From Phoronis australis (taxonomy: Eukaryota; Animalia; Phoronida), in contig NMRA01000170.1 in the NCBI GenBank assembly GCA_002633005.1, positions 282,129 through 346,128 of the forward strand: a stretch of 64,000 nt of DNA, read 5' to 3'. The notes below the pieces were generated by a model. The model was not told the DNA's origin, did not search any database, and saw only the letters and a list, made by a program, of their open reading frames with translations. Positions within the stretch are counted from its first letter, which is position 1; each line of letters starts with the position of its first letter. Positions 40,986 through 53,512 of this stretch are shown piece by piece. The position numbers were made by a program, and so were the translations under genes.

Positions 40986-41457
40986 CAGTACCGTCTTCTC
41001 TCATCAATGAGAATTAAGGATACTAAACAATAAAATTAGAATTTGGACGCCGTCTTTTTGCTGTTAACAGAATTAACCATCATGACAGGGGAAACAGCAT
41101 TTTGTTTGGTTAAGTTTGTTTTGTACCGCGTGATTACGAGTGGACGCTTGTGCATTAAATCCATTGACAATATGAAATCCAGGCTCTTGCTTTGTTAAGA
41201 CAGCACAAAGCTCACTGTGATCTCTCTTATTAATCATGGATATTAAGGTTTATAGTTTTTACTGACATGTGCTTACATAATGTGGTTTTAGCTGTGTAAG
41301 GACTAGGCAACAGTACACCCACTGGCTTCTTAGTCTTAATTTGGACTTGACCACCACTCGTCTGCCCATGACCATTGTGTTATTCCACAAATTTAAAGTC
41401 CATGCATTCGGAAGGTACATGTAGCCCTGTCTAATTAATTAATTATTCCATTTTTAG

Positions 41458-41556
41458 TGTCTGGGTTTATCTGAGGAGGATATAAAGCTGCGGGAGGTCG
41501 TACATCAAGATATTGCCTTCGATGAAGTTCCAGAGAAACATTATAAGGAACAAGAG
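41458..41556 (+). CDS. PITPNC1: PITPNC1 exon
   Basis: ttttag|CLGLSEEDIKLREVVHQDIAFDEVPEKHYKEQE|gtgggt; 99 nt. Confidence 0.94.
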
Positions 41557-42156
41557 GTGGGTAGAGGTTGAAGAGCACGATCGAATCTCACTTATTTAGG
41601 ACACACTATGGCCGACAAGTGGAGTTTTATTATTTCATAAAAGATAAGTGGCACCAAATCATTGCCATGGAAACCATCAGACGGTGTTTAGGAAAAATTT
41701 GGGGCACACACAACAATGTTAGAGGCTTTTTAAGACCAATTTTGGTAATCTATCTGTGTCCGAAATTGGTGAGATTTTACCGTGTATGAATTCAAAATGT
41801 AACTTCAGTTTTTTGTGTTTCTCTTGTGGAATATGTTTGCTCAATATCTTATATCTGATAAGTTATGTTAATTATATGCGTGATGTTAGTATGACCTCTG
41901 TTTCATAAAAAGTGACTTGAGACGCAATATTGTAATCTGGTCTTATGCTCGCACTCACCATTGCTGAATGAAAGTCGAGCCAGGTAATTATGAGTGCACC
42001 CTGGTCTCGAAGGAATGTAGTGATGTCAGTAAGTAGTATGTACAGAGACTTTAAACTTTTGCTCAAGTGAGATTTGATTATATTCCAGAAATAGTAAGTG
42101 GATTGTAAGAACAAATTTCTGACATAAGTGTTAAGTCACCGTTTTTCTTGAAACAG

Positions 42157-42217
42157 ACCCCTGAACTCATGACCCCTGAACTCATGTCCCCTGAACTCAT
42201 GACCTCTGAACTCATGG
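42157..42217 (+). repeat. 15-bp tandem repeat (acccctgaactcatg) x4
   Basis: Read directly. Confidence 0.9.
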
Positions 42218-42807
42218 ACTTGTATTCGTTTGTCTACAATTACTGTAATATCCAGAATATAAGCCCATGGACTTCTAAAAAAATAATGCTTTTTTTCGGA
42301 ACTTTGAGAGATGTAACATTCCCAAAGGCTAGTCTTCAGTTCTTTGTGCTTTCAATCAACCAATAATCAATTACCACATTGATAAATACTGTCAAAATTA
42401 ATAAAATTCTTGTTGGCTAAAACCATTTCACAAACAATAAAACATGCTTTAAGCTCAAAAAGGCAAACGCAATGCTATACTACTAGGTAGATAATCCGTT
42501 TCCTTCACAAATTCCAAAATGCACTGCTACTGAATGTAAGACCATGAGCTTATATAGGGGCATTGACGTGGCGCGTAAGAACACCATAGACAGTTTTGTG
42601 TCCTGTCTATGTTAAGATGAATTTTTTCATCATTTCATCAGGCATGCTTGTCCGTGCGCATGTAGTTTTATGTAGCTTGTTTACAATTTAGCCAAAGTCA
42701 TAGTTACAAAGAAAGGAAGCAATCGATTGAGTTATTGGCTGTGTCATTATATCTAGTACAAAGCCTAACAAGTTTTTTCACTGTTAATTTAAATCCTTGC
42801 ATTTCAG

Positions 42808-42867
42808 GACTTAACAAAGTTCAAGTCGAAAAAAACTGGACGAGGTCCACTTCAACCTGGTTGGAGG
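42808..42867 (+). CDS. PITPNC1: PITPNC1 exon
   Basis: ttcag|DLTKFKSKKTGRGPLQPGWR|gtaagt; 60 nt; FKSxKTGRGPL motif. Confidence 0.95.
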
Positions 42868-43806
42868 GTAAGTCCATGGAGTGTCATGTTGAAGTTTATC
42901 TTGCAGCATAATGATGGAATTGAAAGGTTATTAGCATTGTAAAGGATTATTCTTGCTTAGAAGCCATGATTGTGTATTGGTGGCTAGCAAACTCCATTAG
43001 ATTGACCGCATAATACAAGAAAATGAGTTTTTGCTGAGAAAAAAAATCAATCGCATCATTTACTGGTGAGTTTTCAGGAAAAAAAGTGATAAAGCATTTA
43101 GCTTAAACAAAGTTGTGTCAAAGATTGTGAATGAAAAAATCAGAAGGAAATGCACTGAAAATCGGTATAGAATTAAAAGATGTTTTCTGTTTTTAAAAGA
43201 AGTTTTATCCCTTAAGGTTATGTTGGACAGTAGAAAATTTTGGCCAAATTAAGAACATTATAACTCACAAATGGGTAGTCAGATTCGTATGGAACTTTCA
43301 GATACTATACTTTATGCACTGCGCTGCTATATACTGTTAGGAATGTTTTTTTCAAATCTTCCAATTTTGTATAAGGGCTATAAAAATAGGACTTACGATT
43401 TTCTTGAAAAAAAATCAAAAGTTGCATAAAACAAAAACAAAATGATGACTTAGAAAACTTTAATAGTGTTTTTGAGACTTCATCTCGAACATTTACGTTA
43501 AAAATGAAATTTGGACGATCATTGCTATCAATATGCCTTTCTGATTTCTTGAAGTTTCTTAAAAAGACATGGTCATGTGACTCAATTATTAAAAAAATCA
43601 AAAATTAAATTCTTCAGGGTTTTTTTCTTTTATAAAATGTCTACTTTTAATGTGTTAAAATCTATAGTTTTGTAGATATTCACTAAGGTTTGTTGATAAG
43701 GTCTTCGTAACCGTAAAGTAGCGTATGATTCATTCTGCTCATTTACATGAGAATTTGAATGCCTCCTGTTTTAGTTGTTGTCTCATATACACCTTTACTT
43801 CCTCAG

Positions 43807-43902
43807 GACAACACTAAGCCGGTCATGTGTTCGTACAAACTAGCCAGGGTCAAGTTTGAAGTATGGGGACTCCAGACAAAAATAGAAGGATACACGCACA
43901 AG
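43807..43902 (+). CDS. PITPNC1: PITPNC1 exon (copy A)
   Basis: ctcag|DNTKPVMCSYKLARVKFEVWGLQTKIEGYTHK|gtatcc; 96 nt. Confidence 0.93.
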
Positions 43903-44968
43903 GTATCCATCTTGTTTTCTTTGCATGAGCATTGAAATTCACCTTCTTTTGCCAAAACAGTGACATTATTTTAACGACCAATTTAGATTGCTGTGAGGCA
44001 ACTGGAGAATCTTCAACTACAGGTATTGTACTCTTCATTGTATGATGGGGCATTACCTTTCTATGTATGCCCTAAGCATAAAAATTGTGAAAAAGGTCTA
44101 GATTCACTGCACCACACCTGAGTCTCAAATTTTCGATATGATAGCTGTTATTTTCTTTAACACTAAAAAGGAATTCATTGGAAGATCACTTGTGACGATG
44201 TGAACTTTCTCAGTTTTGAAGGGTTGGCCAACCCTTTCAAAACTGATGGCTTTTCAGTCGCCTTTATTTGCTGATGTCTTTTACTGATCTTGGATAGAAA
44301 TATCGTTCTGTCATGGTATGGAAAGGTTTGAGGCAGATTTGTGCAATTACATGACCTGGGGCCGGTTTCAAATCTCAAAACGCAAAATTATTTTCAACGT
44401 TTTCGAGTGTTTACTTTACTATATGGGATCTGGATGGTGTTTATTTTAATGTGTTATTGGATATATTGTGGCTTGCGTATTTCAGTGTCCATTCGCACTT
44501 GATGACCCCCTAGAATAAAAACTCGAGATTTCGATTTCAGACTTGACCTTATGGCTTTATTGCTGGTGGTCTTCGAGTGCAAAATAAGATAAACCATCCA
44601 TACACATAAAGCATAATTTACTCGGAGTTCTGACACAAATAGACACATATATTGAATTTGCACAAATTAAAGTAGAAGGAAAATGTCAGAAATTAGTATT
44701 AAGAGTACGATGTTGGGTAAAGAGGTTAGTCCCCCGGGTTGGGGTATATAATTTTCTCCTTAGAAAAGTCTCTGGTTGAACATGAAAACCTATGACCAAG
44801 ACAGGAATCTTAAATCTTGATGGTCTTATACATTTAATAGCCCAGAGGTCCCTCATATACCTTAATCTGGCTATACATTTTGTTGTTTGAATTTTGGAGG
44901 AGCATCAATATCACTAGAAATGGATCTTCAGGTGATGCCGTGGCTAAACATTAAGCGCTACATTTCAG

Positions 44969-45032
44969 ATTGTAAAAGACATTCTGCTGTTAGGCCACAG
45001 ACAAGCGTTTGCTTGGATTGATGAATGGCATG
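44969..45032 (+). CDS. PITPNC1: PITPNC1 exon (copy A)
   Basis: ttcag|IVKDILLLGHRQAFAWIDEWH(G)|gtgagt; 64 nt, phase 0 to 1. Confidence 0.93.
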
Positions 45033-45294
45033 GTGAGTTATGGTTTTCAAACAAAATTTTCCATTCGGACTGAGTTACCATAAGGTTCTGAGCGTGGTAA
45101 ATTATCACCAGGTTGGACACAATGTGGCTGACAAGAGCAATTTTAGTTTTGTATATTTTCATTCATGGAAGATATGCCGTACCAAATCAATGGTTCTCTA
45201 TGTTCAAGCTCTGCACTACAGCTATCATTTAGCAAAGTTGCTAGAAATAGATGGTGGTCTTTCACAACAATGTTGGAAGCCCTTGAAAACTGAN

Positions 45295-45411
45295 ATCTTC
45301 AAAAATCGCAGGGGGGCGCTTAACCGAGCAGTGGGCGGTTAAATCGAAAATCTACCTAAGGTAGGGGGTGGGCGGTTAACTGAGCATGGGCGTTAACCCG
45401 AACGTTTACGG
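45295..45411. mobile_element. Terminal fragment of a TA-targeting MITE (…tttacgg|ta end; Tc1/pogo-like)
   Basis: Repeated gggcg(g/c)ttaa motifs ending in tacggta, the inverse of the taccgta start at 63648; present only in the second copy of the duplication. Confidence 0.6.
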
Positions 45412-45530
45412 TATTCACTAGATTTGTTGATAAGGTCTTCATAACCGTAAAGTAGCGTATGATTCATTCTGCTCATTTACATGAGACTTCTGTTTTAGTT
45501 GTATTCTCATTTACACCTTTACTTCCTCAG

Positions 45531-45626
45531 GACAACACTAAGCCGGTCATGTGTTCGTACAAACTAGCCAGGGTCAAGTTTGAAGTATGGGGACTCCAGA
45601 CAAAAATAGAGGGATACACGCACAAG
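45531..45626 (+). CDS. PITPNC1: PITPNC1 exon (duplicate copy B of 43807-43902; probably allelic)
   Basis: Same peptide with one synonymous difference (gaa/gag); splice sites intact. Confidence 0.75.
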
Positions 45627-46036
45627 GTATCCATCTTGTTTTCTTTGCATGAGCATTAAAATTCAGTGACACCTTCCTTTGCCATAACAGTGATGTTATT
45701 CTAACGACCAATTTAGATTGCTGCGAGGCAACTGGAGAATCTTCAACTACAGGTAACTGCGCTCTTCATTGTATCATGAATTAAAGGGACATTACCTCTT
45801 TATGTACGCCCTAAGCATGAAAATTGTGTAAAAGATCTAGATTAACTGCCCCACAAAATTTCGATATGATAGCTGTTATTTTCTTTGACACTAAAAAGGA
45901 ATTGGAAGATGATGTGAACTTTCTCAGTTTTGAAGGGTTGGCCAACCCTTTCAAAACTGATGGCTTTTCAGTCGCCTTTATTTGCTGATGTCTTTTACTG
46001 ATCTTGGATAGAAATAACGTTCTGTCATGGTATGGG

Positions 46037-46194
46037 AATAATAAAAATAATTGCAGGCGGTCTGATACACGTTGTACCAGACGTGCGCAGGCCTCGCATG
46101 TGGGCCCATTGCACTGATCACCTGGAAATATTTTTAATATGCTTTATTGATAAATGGTTAAAACCGAGCTGAGGAGCTAGAAACTTGGCTCAAG
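46037..46194 (-). mobile_element. Short 5'-truncated LINE 3' end with 8-bp TSD, absent from the other copy
   Basis: Flanked by ggtatggg at 46029-46036 and 46195-46202. Its reverse complement matches the LINE 3' UTR at 5345-5434 and ends in a T/TAT-rich tail. The empty site is visible near 44315. Confidence 0.8.
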
Positions 46195-46846
46195 GGTATG
46201 GGTAGGTTTGAGGCAGATTTGTGCAATAACATGACCTGGGGCCGGTTTCAAATCTCAAACTCAAAATTATTTTCAACGTTTTCGAGTGTTTACTTTACTA
46301 TATGGGATCTGGATGGTGTTTATTTTAATGTGTTATTGGATATATTGTGGCTTGCGTATTTCAGTGTCCATTCGCACTTGATGACCCCCTAGAATAAAAA
46401 TTCGAGATTTCGATTTCAGACTTGACCTTATGACTTTATTGCTGGTGGTCTTCAAGAGCAAAATAAGATAAAACATCCATACACGTAAAGCATAATATAC
46501 TCAGAGTTCTGACACAAATAGACACATATATTGAATTTGCACAAATTAAAGTAGAAGGAAAATGTCAGAAATTAGTATTTAGAGTACAATGTTGGGTAAA
46601 GAGGTTAGTCCCCCGGGTTGGGGTATATGATTTTCTCCTTAGAAAAGTCTCTGGTTGAACATGAAAACCTATGACCAAGACTGGAATCTTAAATCTTGAT
46701 GGTCTTATACATTTAATAGCCCAGAGGTGCCTCATATACCTTAATCTGGCAATACATTTTGTTGTTTGAATTTTGGAGGAGCATCAATATCACTAGAAAT
46801 GGATCTTCAGGTGATGCCGTGGCTAAACATTAGCGCTACATTTCAG

Positions 46847-46910
46847 ATTGTAAAAGACATTCTGCTGTTAGGCCACAGACAAGCGTTTGCTTGGATTGAT
46901 GAATGGCATG
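46847..46910 (+). CDS. PITPNC1: PITPNC1 exon (duplicate copy B of 44969-45032; probably allelic)
   Basis: Same sequence and splice sites as copy A. Confidence 0.75.
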
Positions 46911-47302
46911 GTGAGTTATGGTTTTCAAACAAAATTTTCCATTCGGACTGAGTTACCATAAGGTTCTGAGCGTGGTAAATTATCACCAGGTTGGACACAA
47001 TGTGGCTGACAAGAGCAATTTTAGTTTTGTATATTTTCATTCATGGAAGATATGCCGTACCAAATCAATGGTTCTCTATGTTCAAGCTCTGCACTACAGC
47101 TATCATTTAGCAAAGTTGCTAGAAATAGATGGTGGTCTTTCACAACAATGTTGGAAGCCCTTGAAAACTGAAAAAGGCAATTTTACAAATTACATTTGTC
47201 TGAAATTTGTGAGATCTTGCTGTAACAGGAGAGCCAGTCTTACTTGAAGATTGTATTAGCGTTCTCTTCAAGGTTATGAAGGACCTTATTGTCCTTTTTA
47301 AA

Positions 47303-47493
47303 NNNNNNNNNNNNNNNNNNNNNNNNNNNNNNNNNNNNNNNNNNNNNNNNNNNNNNNNNNNNNNNNNNNNNNNNNNNNNNNNNNNNNNNNNNNNNNNNNN
47401 NNNNNNNNNNNNNNNNNNNNNNNNNNNNNNNNNNNNNNNNNNNNNNNNNNNNNNNNNNNNNNNNNNNNNNNNNNNNNNNNNNNNNNNNNNNNN
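47303..47493. other. Assembly gap (N-run)
   Basis: Run of N. Confidence 1.
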
Positions 47494-48250
47494 ACTGTAA
47501 TCAGCTGATCATATCCGCATGAGCGAAGTCAATTATCCTCGCTCGTGACTCGATGAATAGAGCAGCTTGGCGGCATCCCTTTGAGCATGAGCCGAGCGCG
47601 TCTCAGCCAAGGTGGATAAATACGGTCTAGTTCAATTTTCCATACGCCGCCGTTTACCTTAAACACCGGGGTTAGAACCAATTTTATTTAGTGGGAATGT
47701 TCATAGCATGGTATGGATAATTTTGATACTATGTATTAAACTCTGATTTATTGAAGCCTGTGAGGGTAGTTTTGTTCTTGGGAAAAGAACTGAGTTTGGG
47801 AGAAAAGAATTGTAGTGCAAGAGAAAGGAAATCCTGATCATGAGAAAAGTGCTCTATAAATTAAAGAGCTAGTGCCGACTGAGGAACTACTGGTTATGAG
47901 GTAAAATCAAAAGCAATGCTTTCAGCTCAGTTTATAGTGCGAGTCTATTTATGTATGTAATAAACCCCCGTTGTTCTCCCACATGTTGGGGAAGGGTTGC
48001 CCTATAACTTTCACAGACTACTGTAATTGCTGTCATAGAAAATGAATACTCGATACAATAGCAAGTGATGAAACATTATACATAGACTATTTACCCCAAA
48101 AGGAAACTCACTTGTCAAGTTTGAAATTTCTAGTATTCTGTGGAATTGCTCAAAATATCGCCGCAAAATTCACAATTCAGCTGAGGATAATCTTTCCTAC
48201 TCTTTGTTTCATTTATGCTAACGCTTCTTTGTCATATTCTCCAAATTCAG

Positions 48251-48570
48251 GTATGACAATTGAGGACATTCGCGAGTATGAGAGGCGAATGCAACAGGAG
48301 ACTAATCGTAAGGTCAAGGGGTCAAGTAAAAGCTCCTCCTCTCGGCTGGAGGTCAAGGAACCCGTACGTCGTGTGAGCAGTAATCCTGCCAGTACCTCTA
48401 CCGATCAAAACACAAACGCCCATGACTCTCGGACATTTCGCCGAGCTGCCAGCGTGACACCTATTGTCTCTTCGCACGAGTTGGATGACGGCGAGCCTAG
48501 TTCGATGCCGAGTAATGACGATCAGTCGACACGTGAAGATGACTCTACTCTAACATTCAGTTTTGGATAG
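48251..48570 (+). CDS. PITPNC1: PITPNC1 terminal coding exon with Ser/Thr/acidic disordered tail
   Basis: ttcag|(G)MTIEDIREYERRMQQETNRKVKG...TLTFSFG*; the phase-1 acceptor matches the previous exon; MTxEDIRxYE is the PITP G-helix region. Confidence 0.93.
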
Positions 48571-50922
48571 TGTTGGGTCTAGTGTTGGTGTACGCGATAG
48601 CTGATATTGTACAGAGATTACAGAGATGACCCAAAGCTGACTTATGATTATTGTTTTGTTTACAGTCAAGTTATTTTTCTGCTGTTGATTAATTTCACAA
48701 AAACAATAACTACTGTGAAACTCTGATGCATACATTTTATTTGTGACAGTACATTTACTAACTAAAGTAAGGCAGGGTGAGTCACTATATCAATCATGTC
48801 TACTTCAATTACTTTACAAAGACAGTTAAGGTAACAAGGTACCTTTGTTACCAAGGATTGAATTTCTTTTATAACTTAATATTAAAAAGTTATTTAAAAA
48901 TAATATTAGTAGATTTATAAAACTACATAAATTTAAAATGCTTGATTATTACACCATTTTTTATGTGCCCATGTGATCGTAATAATGTGGCTGTTTATTT
49001 TTCTAAAAATTGAGAATTTTCCCGGAGATCTGCAAAAATTCCACAAACATGAATTTTCTAATAGCTACTACAGCATGTTTGGAATTTTTTAAAAGGCCAT
49101 TTAGCCCAAGAACACCGCTGTCAAAATTGAAGATGTCAGCATTCCTTGATAAAAACAGATGTCTTGATTTTTAACAGCTGAGCTCCCGGGCTAAAAAAAA
49201 ATAAAAGAAAATCCCAGGCGTGTTTTGTAAAGCTCATAGATTAAGCATGTTCTATCATTACTTTAAGAGTTATTTAAGAAATTTAATCCTCATTCACGGA
49301 GGTATACATTTCCTTAGCTTTCCAGGTTTGTGAAAATACTTGACTGTCAGGGACCTCAGGTTACAATATCCTTATGACCAAAGTGGACCGGCATTTTGGT
49401 ATCATGGCAAATATTTCTCTGCTTCATATTTAATGAAGTTGATCTGGGTGCCGGAATGTATTCTCAAATGATATTTTCTTGTACACCGTACAAGTTTATT
49501 TTTATACATAATACTGGTTATAAAATGTAGTGGCGTTTTTTAATGTTGCTTTGTGTGCAATGATTGTTTAACTTATTTTGCTGCCAGTTCATTGGGTACT
49601 TAGTTTAGGCGATTTTTGTTTGCTTTAAATGCACATAAAATTAGAAAGTTTCAATCGCTTAATTTCCATTCTTGTGGTTTGCCTTTTCTTTTGCACTCAG
49701 ACAGGCCTTGTCAGCCGGGATATACTGTTCAGTGTTTTTGTGACCTAATTTCAATTTTTTGAGGAATTTCAGTTATAGTGCACTATTTTTTGAAAATCAA
49801 AAAAGTTATTTTACTCGAAATTCCCAGCAGGAGAGAGTATGGGTTATGCTCATTGTCTAACCTGCATCTAATTGAATGCCAAAATTCTGACCTGTCATGT
49901 CCCCTCATAACATAGTCGAATACATGCTGGCCATTCCTTTTACGTCAGTATGCCCCTTTGTGGGGTTGTGGGATTATAATCCATTCTTCTCTATAAAATT
50001 GGAGTGCAAAGCACATTAGCATAAAATTTCAGTAAGTTTCACTTTTCTCCCAACCTCACGTAATGGTTCAATATTCAACTGTTCTCATCACACCATGTGT
50101 TCCCTCCGTTATGTACACTTGTGTTTTTATTTTGATTTGTACGAGTAAGCTCTGTAAATTATATCCAACTTGCGTTATTCCAGAAATCTCTTTGTTACGT
50201 CTCTTTGTTACGTCTCTGCTCAGTTTTGGTTGCTGCAGCGTTTCGTGGTATTATTAAGTTTTCTTAGTGATCTTCTGTCTGGGAGGGTTCATGTGTTTTT
50301 GTCAGCCAAAACCTAGGGTCATAGCTAGAGGAATTTAGCAGATATACTCTTACTCCTCGTTGGAGGCTTTAGAAACGGGTTAACCTTCCCCACGGCATAA
50401 TGGGTGGTTTTGAGTAGTGTGATATTATGAACCAAATCTAGGGTATTTTTGAAGGACTAACATAGAATCATTCACAAGGTGTTGCAAACATACATATTTC
50501 AATCCTTCACAGTGCCATGTTGGGGTGACACCTTTGTCGCGAGGTGGTGCTGGTGGTAGTTTAAGGTGACCCCACTTACACTCCCCCCCTCATGGGATCG
50601 GTTCCTGTGAAAATAATAACCACCAAAGTTGGCACTCAACATTTCCTTTGCTTCACCCATAGATATTCAGTCTGCAGATCTATGGCTCCAACTAAGGTTG
50701 TTGTTGAATTGTTACAGCATGCGGAGTATAAATACTTCACTATTTTTGACTTGTGTCTTCAAGTGTTCCTTACCCTCTTTTTTATATATCAGACTGTTAT
50801 GTGATTCACTAGCTTACATTTTGTGGTAAATTTTGTTGGTGTTGTCAGTTTTGCTTATTAAATTATTCACTTTCTAATTTGATATTAGACATTATGTTTA
50901 ACTTGTACTTTTGTTGAATTCT

Positions 50923-50928
50923 AATAAA
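50923..50928 (+). terminator. Candidate polyadenylation signal for PITPNC1
   Basis: AATAAA preceded by T-rich sequence and followed by GT-rich sequence, ~2.35 kb after the stop codon; motif only. Confidence 0.35.
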
Positions 50929-52179
50929 ATTTCAATGGAAATCCTGTTATTATGTTGATGGGTTGCTAATGCCAGTTGGTGTAGGTTGCTTTATTGAATC
51001 TTTTAACATTAGCTATGAACCAAAGGCCTTCCATCACAAAATTTTTTAAACCATTTGCTATCAAAAATGGTCTGAAATTAATCCTCAGTCAAAATAGTTG
51101 TCATTGAGTTTGAAAAGAACTATTGACACTGTGGACAAAGACTTACATTGGCACCATTATGTGCTAAAACTCAAAAAGTAAACCCACCGTTTGTTTTCAC
51201 ACTTTTTGAACTCTACAGTTAGAGAAGACTCATTAGTATTCGAACAACCAAAGTCACAAAATGACTGATTTGAGTAATGTGGGTTCCTGGTTTCATAAAG
51301 GAACATAACTTTTGTCTGAATTTTAAAGTTAAGAGGATTTTAGACCGCCTTTACTGGATCACAAATTGGTACTATAGCTGAACACGAATCTGAAACCGAC
51401 TTAGAAGATATTCATGCTTGGGTGATTCACCGGAAATAGTCTTCTTAATTGTGCATACCATTTGTTCACTCACGGCAAAACTTAAACTGGTGCAGGTTAC
51501 CCAAGACACAAAATAATGACGATTCAAACCTGTCCACGCCACAACAGAATGTTTCAGTCTAAACTTGTCGTCCATGGTGCCAGACTGCCAGCACGTGCGA
51601 TAAGTTTCAAACTTAAGCCACCACCAACTGCAACTTTAACCCCGCGTCAAAACTTGGGCCGCTTCGAGTCCATTAATTTGCTTTTAACGTTAGAAACGGT
51701 TGCTACCATACTATATAGGAAGGGAAACTTAATGTGAGTACTTTCCATTTTAGGTCGTAATTAATGAAATGCACCTGTTCATTCTAAAGTCGTCTTTATG
51801 GGTGTTTTGGGAACTCTTTGACTATTCACATTCGAGGGGACTTGAACTTCCTTTTTTTCCAGCTAAACGGATAGTGTGATAATGCCAGGCCGAGGCGGAG
51901 TCGCGGTCATTATCACATTACCTGGGAGATATATTGATATCAATTGGTCCTAGATTTTAACGACTGTATGTGTTGATTTCTCGTTCGCTCACTAGTCGCA
52001 GTCTGGCCTGACCAGTTTTTCAGTTCTACCGTAAATGTGAACTATGTATAGGGACTGCTCGGAAAGGACAAAGCCAACAATTATATTTTGGGAAAGATGC
52101 CATGGTTTGAGGTCTTGCAAGTCCTTTGTCATGATATAAGCCGGTTGGCATGGAACAGTCCAAGTCCATTACAGGGTTC

Positions 52180-52730
52180 TGTCGTTCAGTTACTTTTCCA
52201 GACGTACGTGACGGGTGTTGAACGTGCGATAACACCTGGCTCTTTTGTTAACTGCCCAGCTCAGTCTTTTGTCCCGTATGATAACAAGCAGGCCAATTAT
52301 CTCCCAGGCTTCAAAGGAAACCTATGGTGGTTGCACGCTATTACCAAATGCGTATGAACACAGTCAAACCCAGCCAGTGCCACAACGTACCGTTTGGACA
52401 AAATAGATTGTCTTAACCTCTGTTGTAGTTGGACGATTTTGGTGATTAGAAAACGGAACATGATCAGCATTTGACCAGGAATTCAGAAATGCTATTGCTT
52501 AAGTTCAAATATGTTATAACTTAACTTTCATTCATTTTTTTATCACTGAGCCCAGCCCGGTCAGTCTAGAAACGATCTGATCGGAGATTAGAGCAATTAT
52601 CGAACAAAAGAGCGCAGGCCCTCAACCATGCCAGAATGAAGTTAATCAGTCGTGTAAGATATTGGCTACGGGGGTAAACTTCCCAACTTGTTGTTGGGCT
52701 ATAGAATCCAAAAAGTTGGGAGCAACGGGA
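52180..52730 (-). repeat. Dispersed repeat, inverted copy of 37255-37750
   Basis: See 37255-37750. Confidence 0.8.
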
Positions 52731-52779
52731 TGTCGCGCTGTCGATGATTCCACGGTTGTCCACGAGTCAGTTAATATGT

Positions 52780-53512
52780 TTTACTGACTCATGTGCCCAC
52801 ATACCAAATTTCATGAAAATCCGTTCAGGACTTTTGAAGATACAAAGGTAAGCGTAAAAAACTAAATTGCCACTAGGGGGCACAACGGTAGTCGGATCCG
52901 TCCAAAAGTCGTCATCTTTCGTTGTTAACATCATATAAATATACTTACACAATTTCGTAAAGATCCTGCGAATGGTTTAGGAGATACAGCAATAGGTGCA
53001 AAAAAACCAAAACTGCCACTAGGAGGCGCCACAGTACTCAAAATCCTCGCAAAATCATCTACAACTGTCCTCTACATAGTAAGCATATACATGCCAAACT
53101 GAATTTCACAATCATCCTTTGAGCGATTTGGTTGATAGAGGGGTGGACGCACAAAAACAGACTCTAAAACACTAAAAATGGCCACTAGGTGGCGCAAACT
53201 ATGTCGAATCCATCTGAAAATGAGAGGATAGCGTCACCTCACTAATAGGTGCCTACATACCAAATTTCATGAAAATCCGTTCAGGACAGTGAAGATACAA
53301 AGGTAAGCTTAAAAAAATTAAAATTGACACCGGTAGTCGGATCCGTCCGAAAGTTTGCACATGCCGTCCCATTGGCATGAATGGAACACATGTGCCAAAT
53401 TTCATGAACGTATGTCAAAGGGTTTTGGAGATAACAGCAGCGGACGCCGGACGGACGCCGGACGGAGATGACGGCATAATGCGTCCACATATAAATATGT
53501 GGGCGCATAAAA
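52780..53512 (-). mobile_element. DINE-1/HINE-like element, second copy (truncated, internally duplicated)
   Basis: Reverse complement starts tttttatgcgcccacatatttatatgtggacgcattatgccgtca..(GTCC)n. The block taccaaatttcatgaaaatccgttcaggac occurs twice (~52802 and ~53258), with several ccactagg motifs. Confidence 0.7.

Noticed and set aside
47494-47630. GC-richer stretch after the gap as an alternative PITPNC1 terminal exon
   Set aside because: No PITP similarity or visible acceptor; MNRAAWR looks more like a retroelement C-terminus, but the evidence is too thin to call.
48112-48250. N-terminal part of ORF 48112-48570
   Set aside because: Intron read-through; coding sequence begins at the acceptor at 48251.
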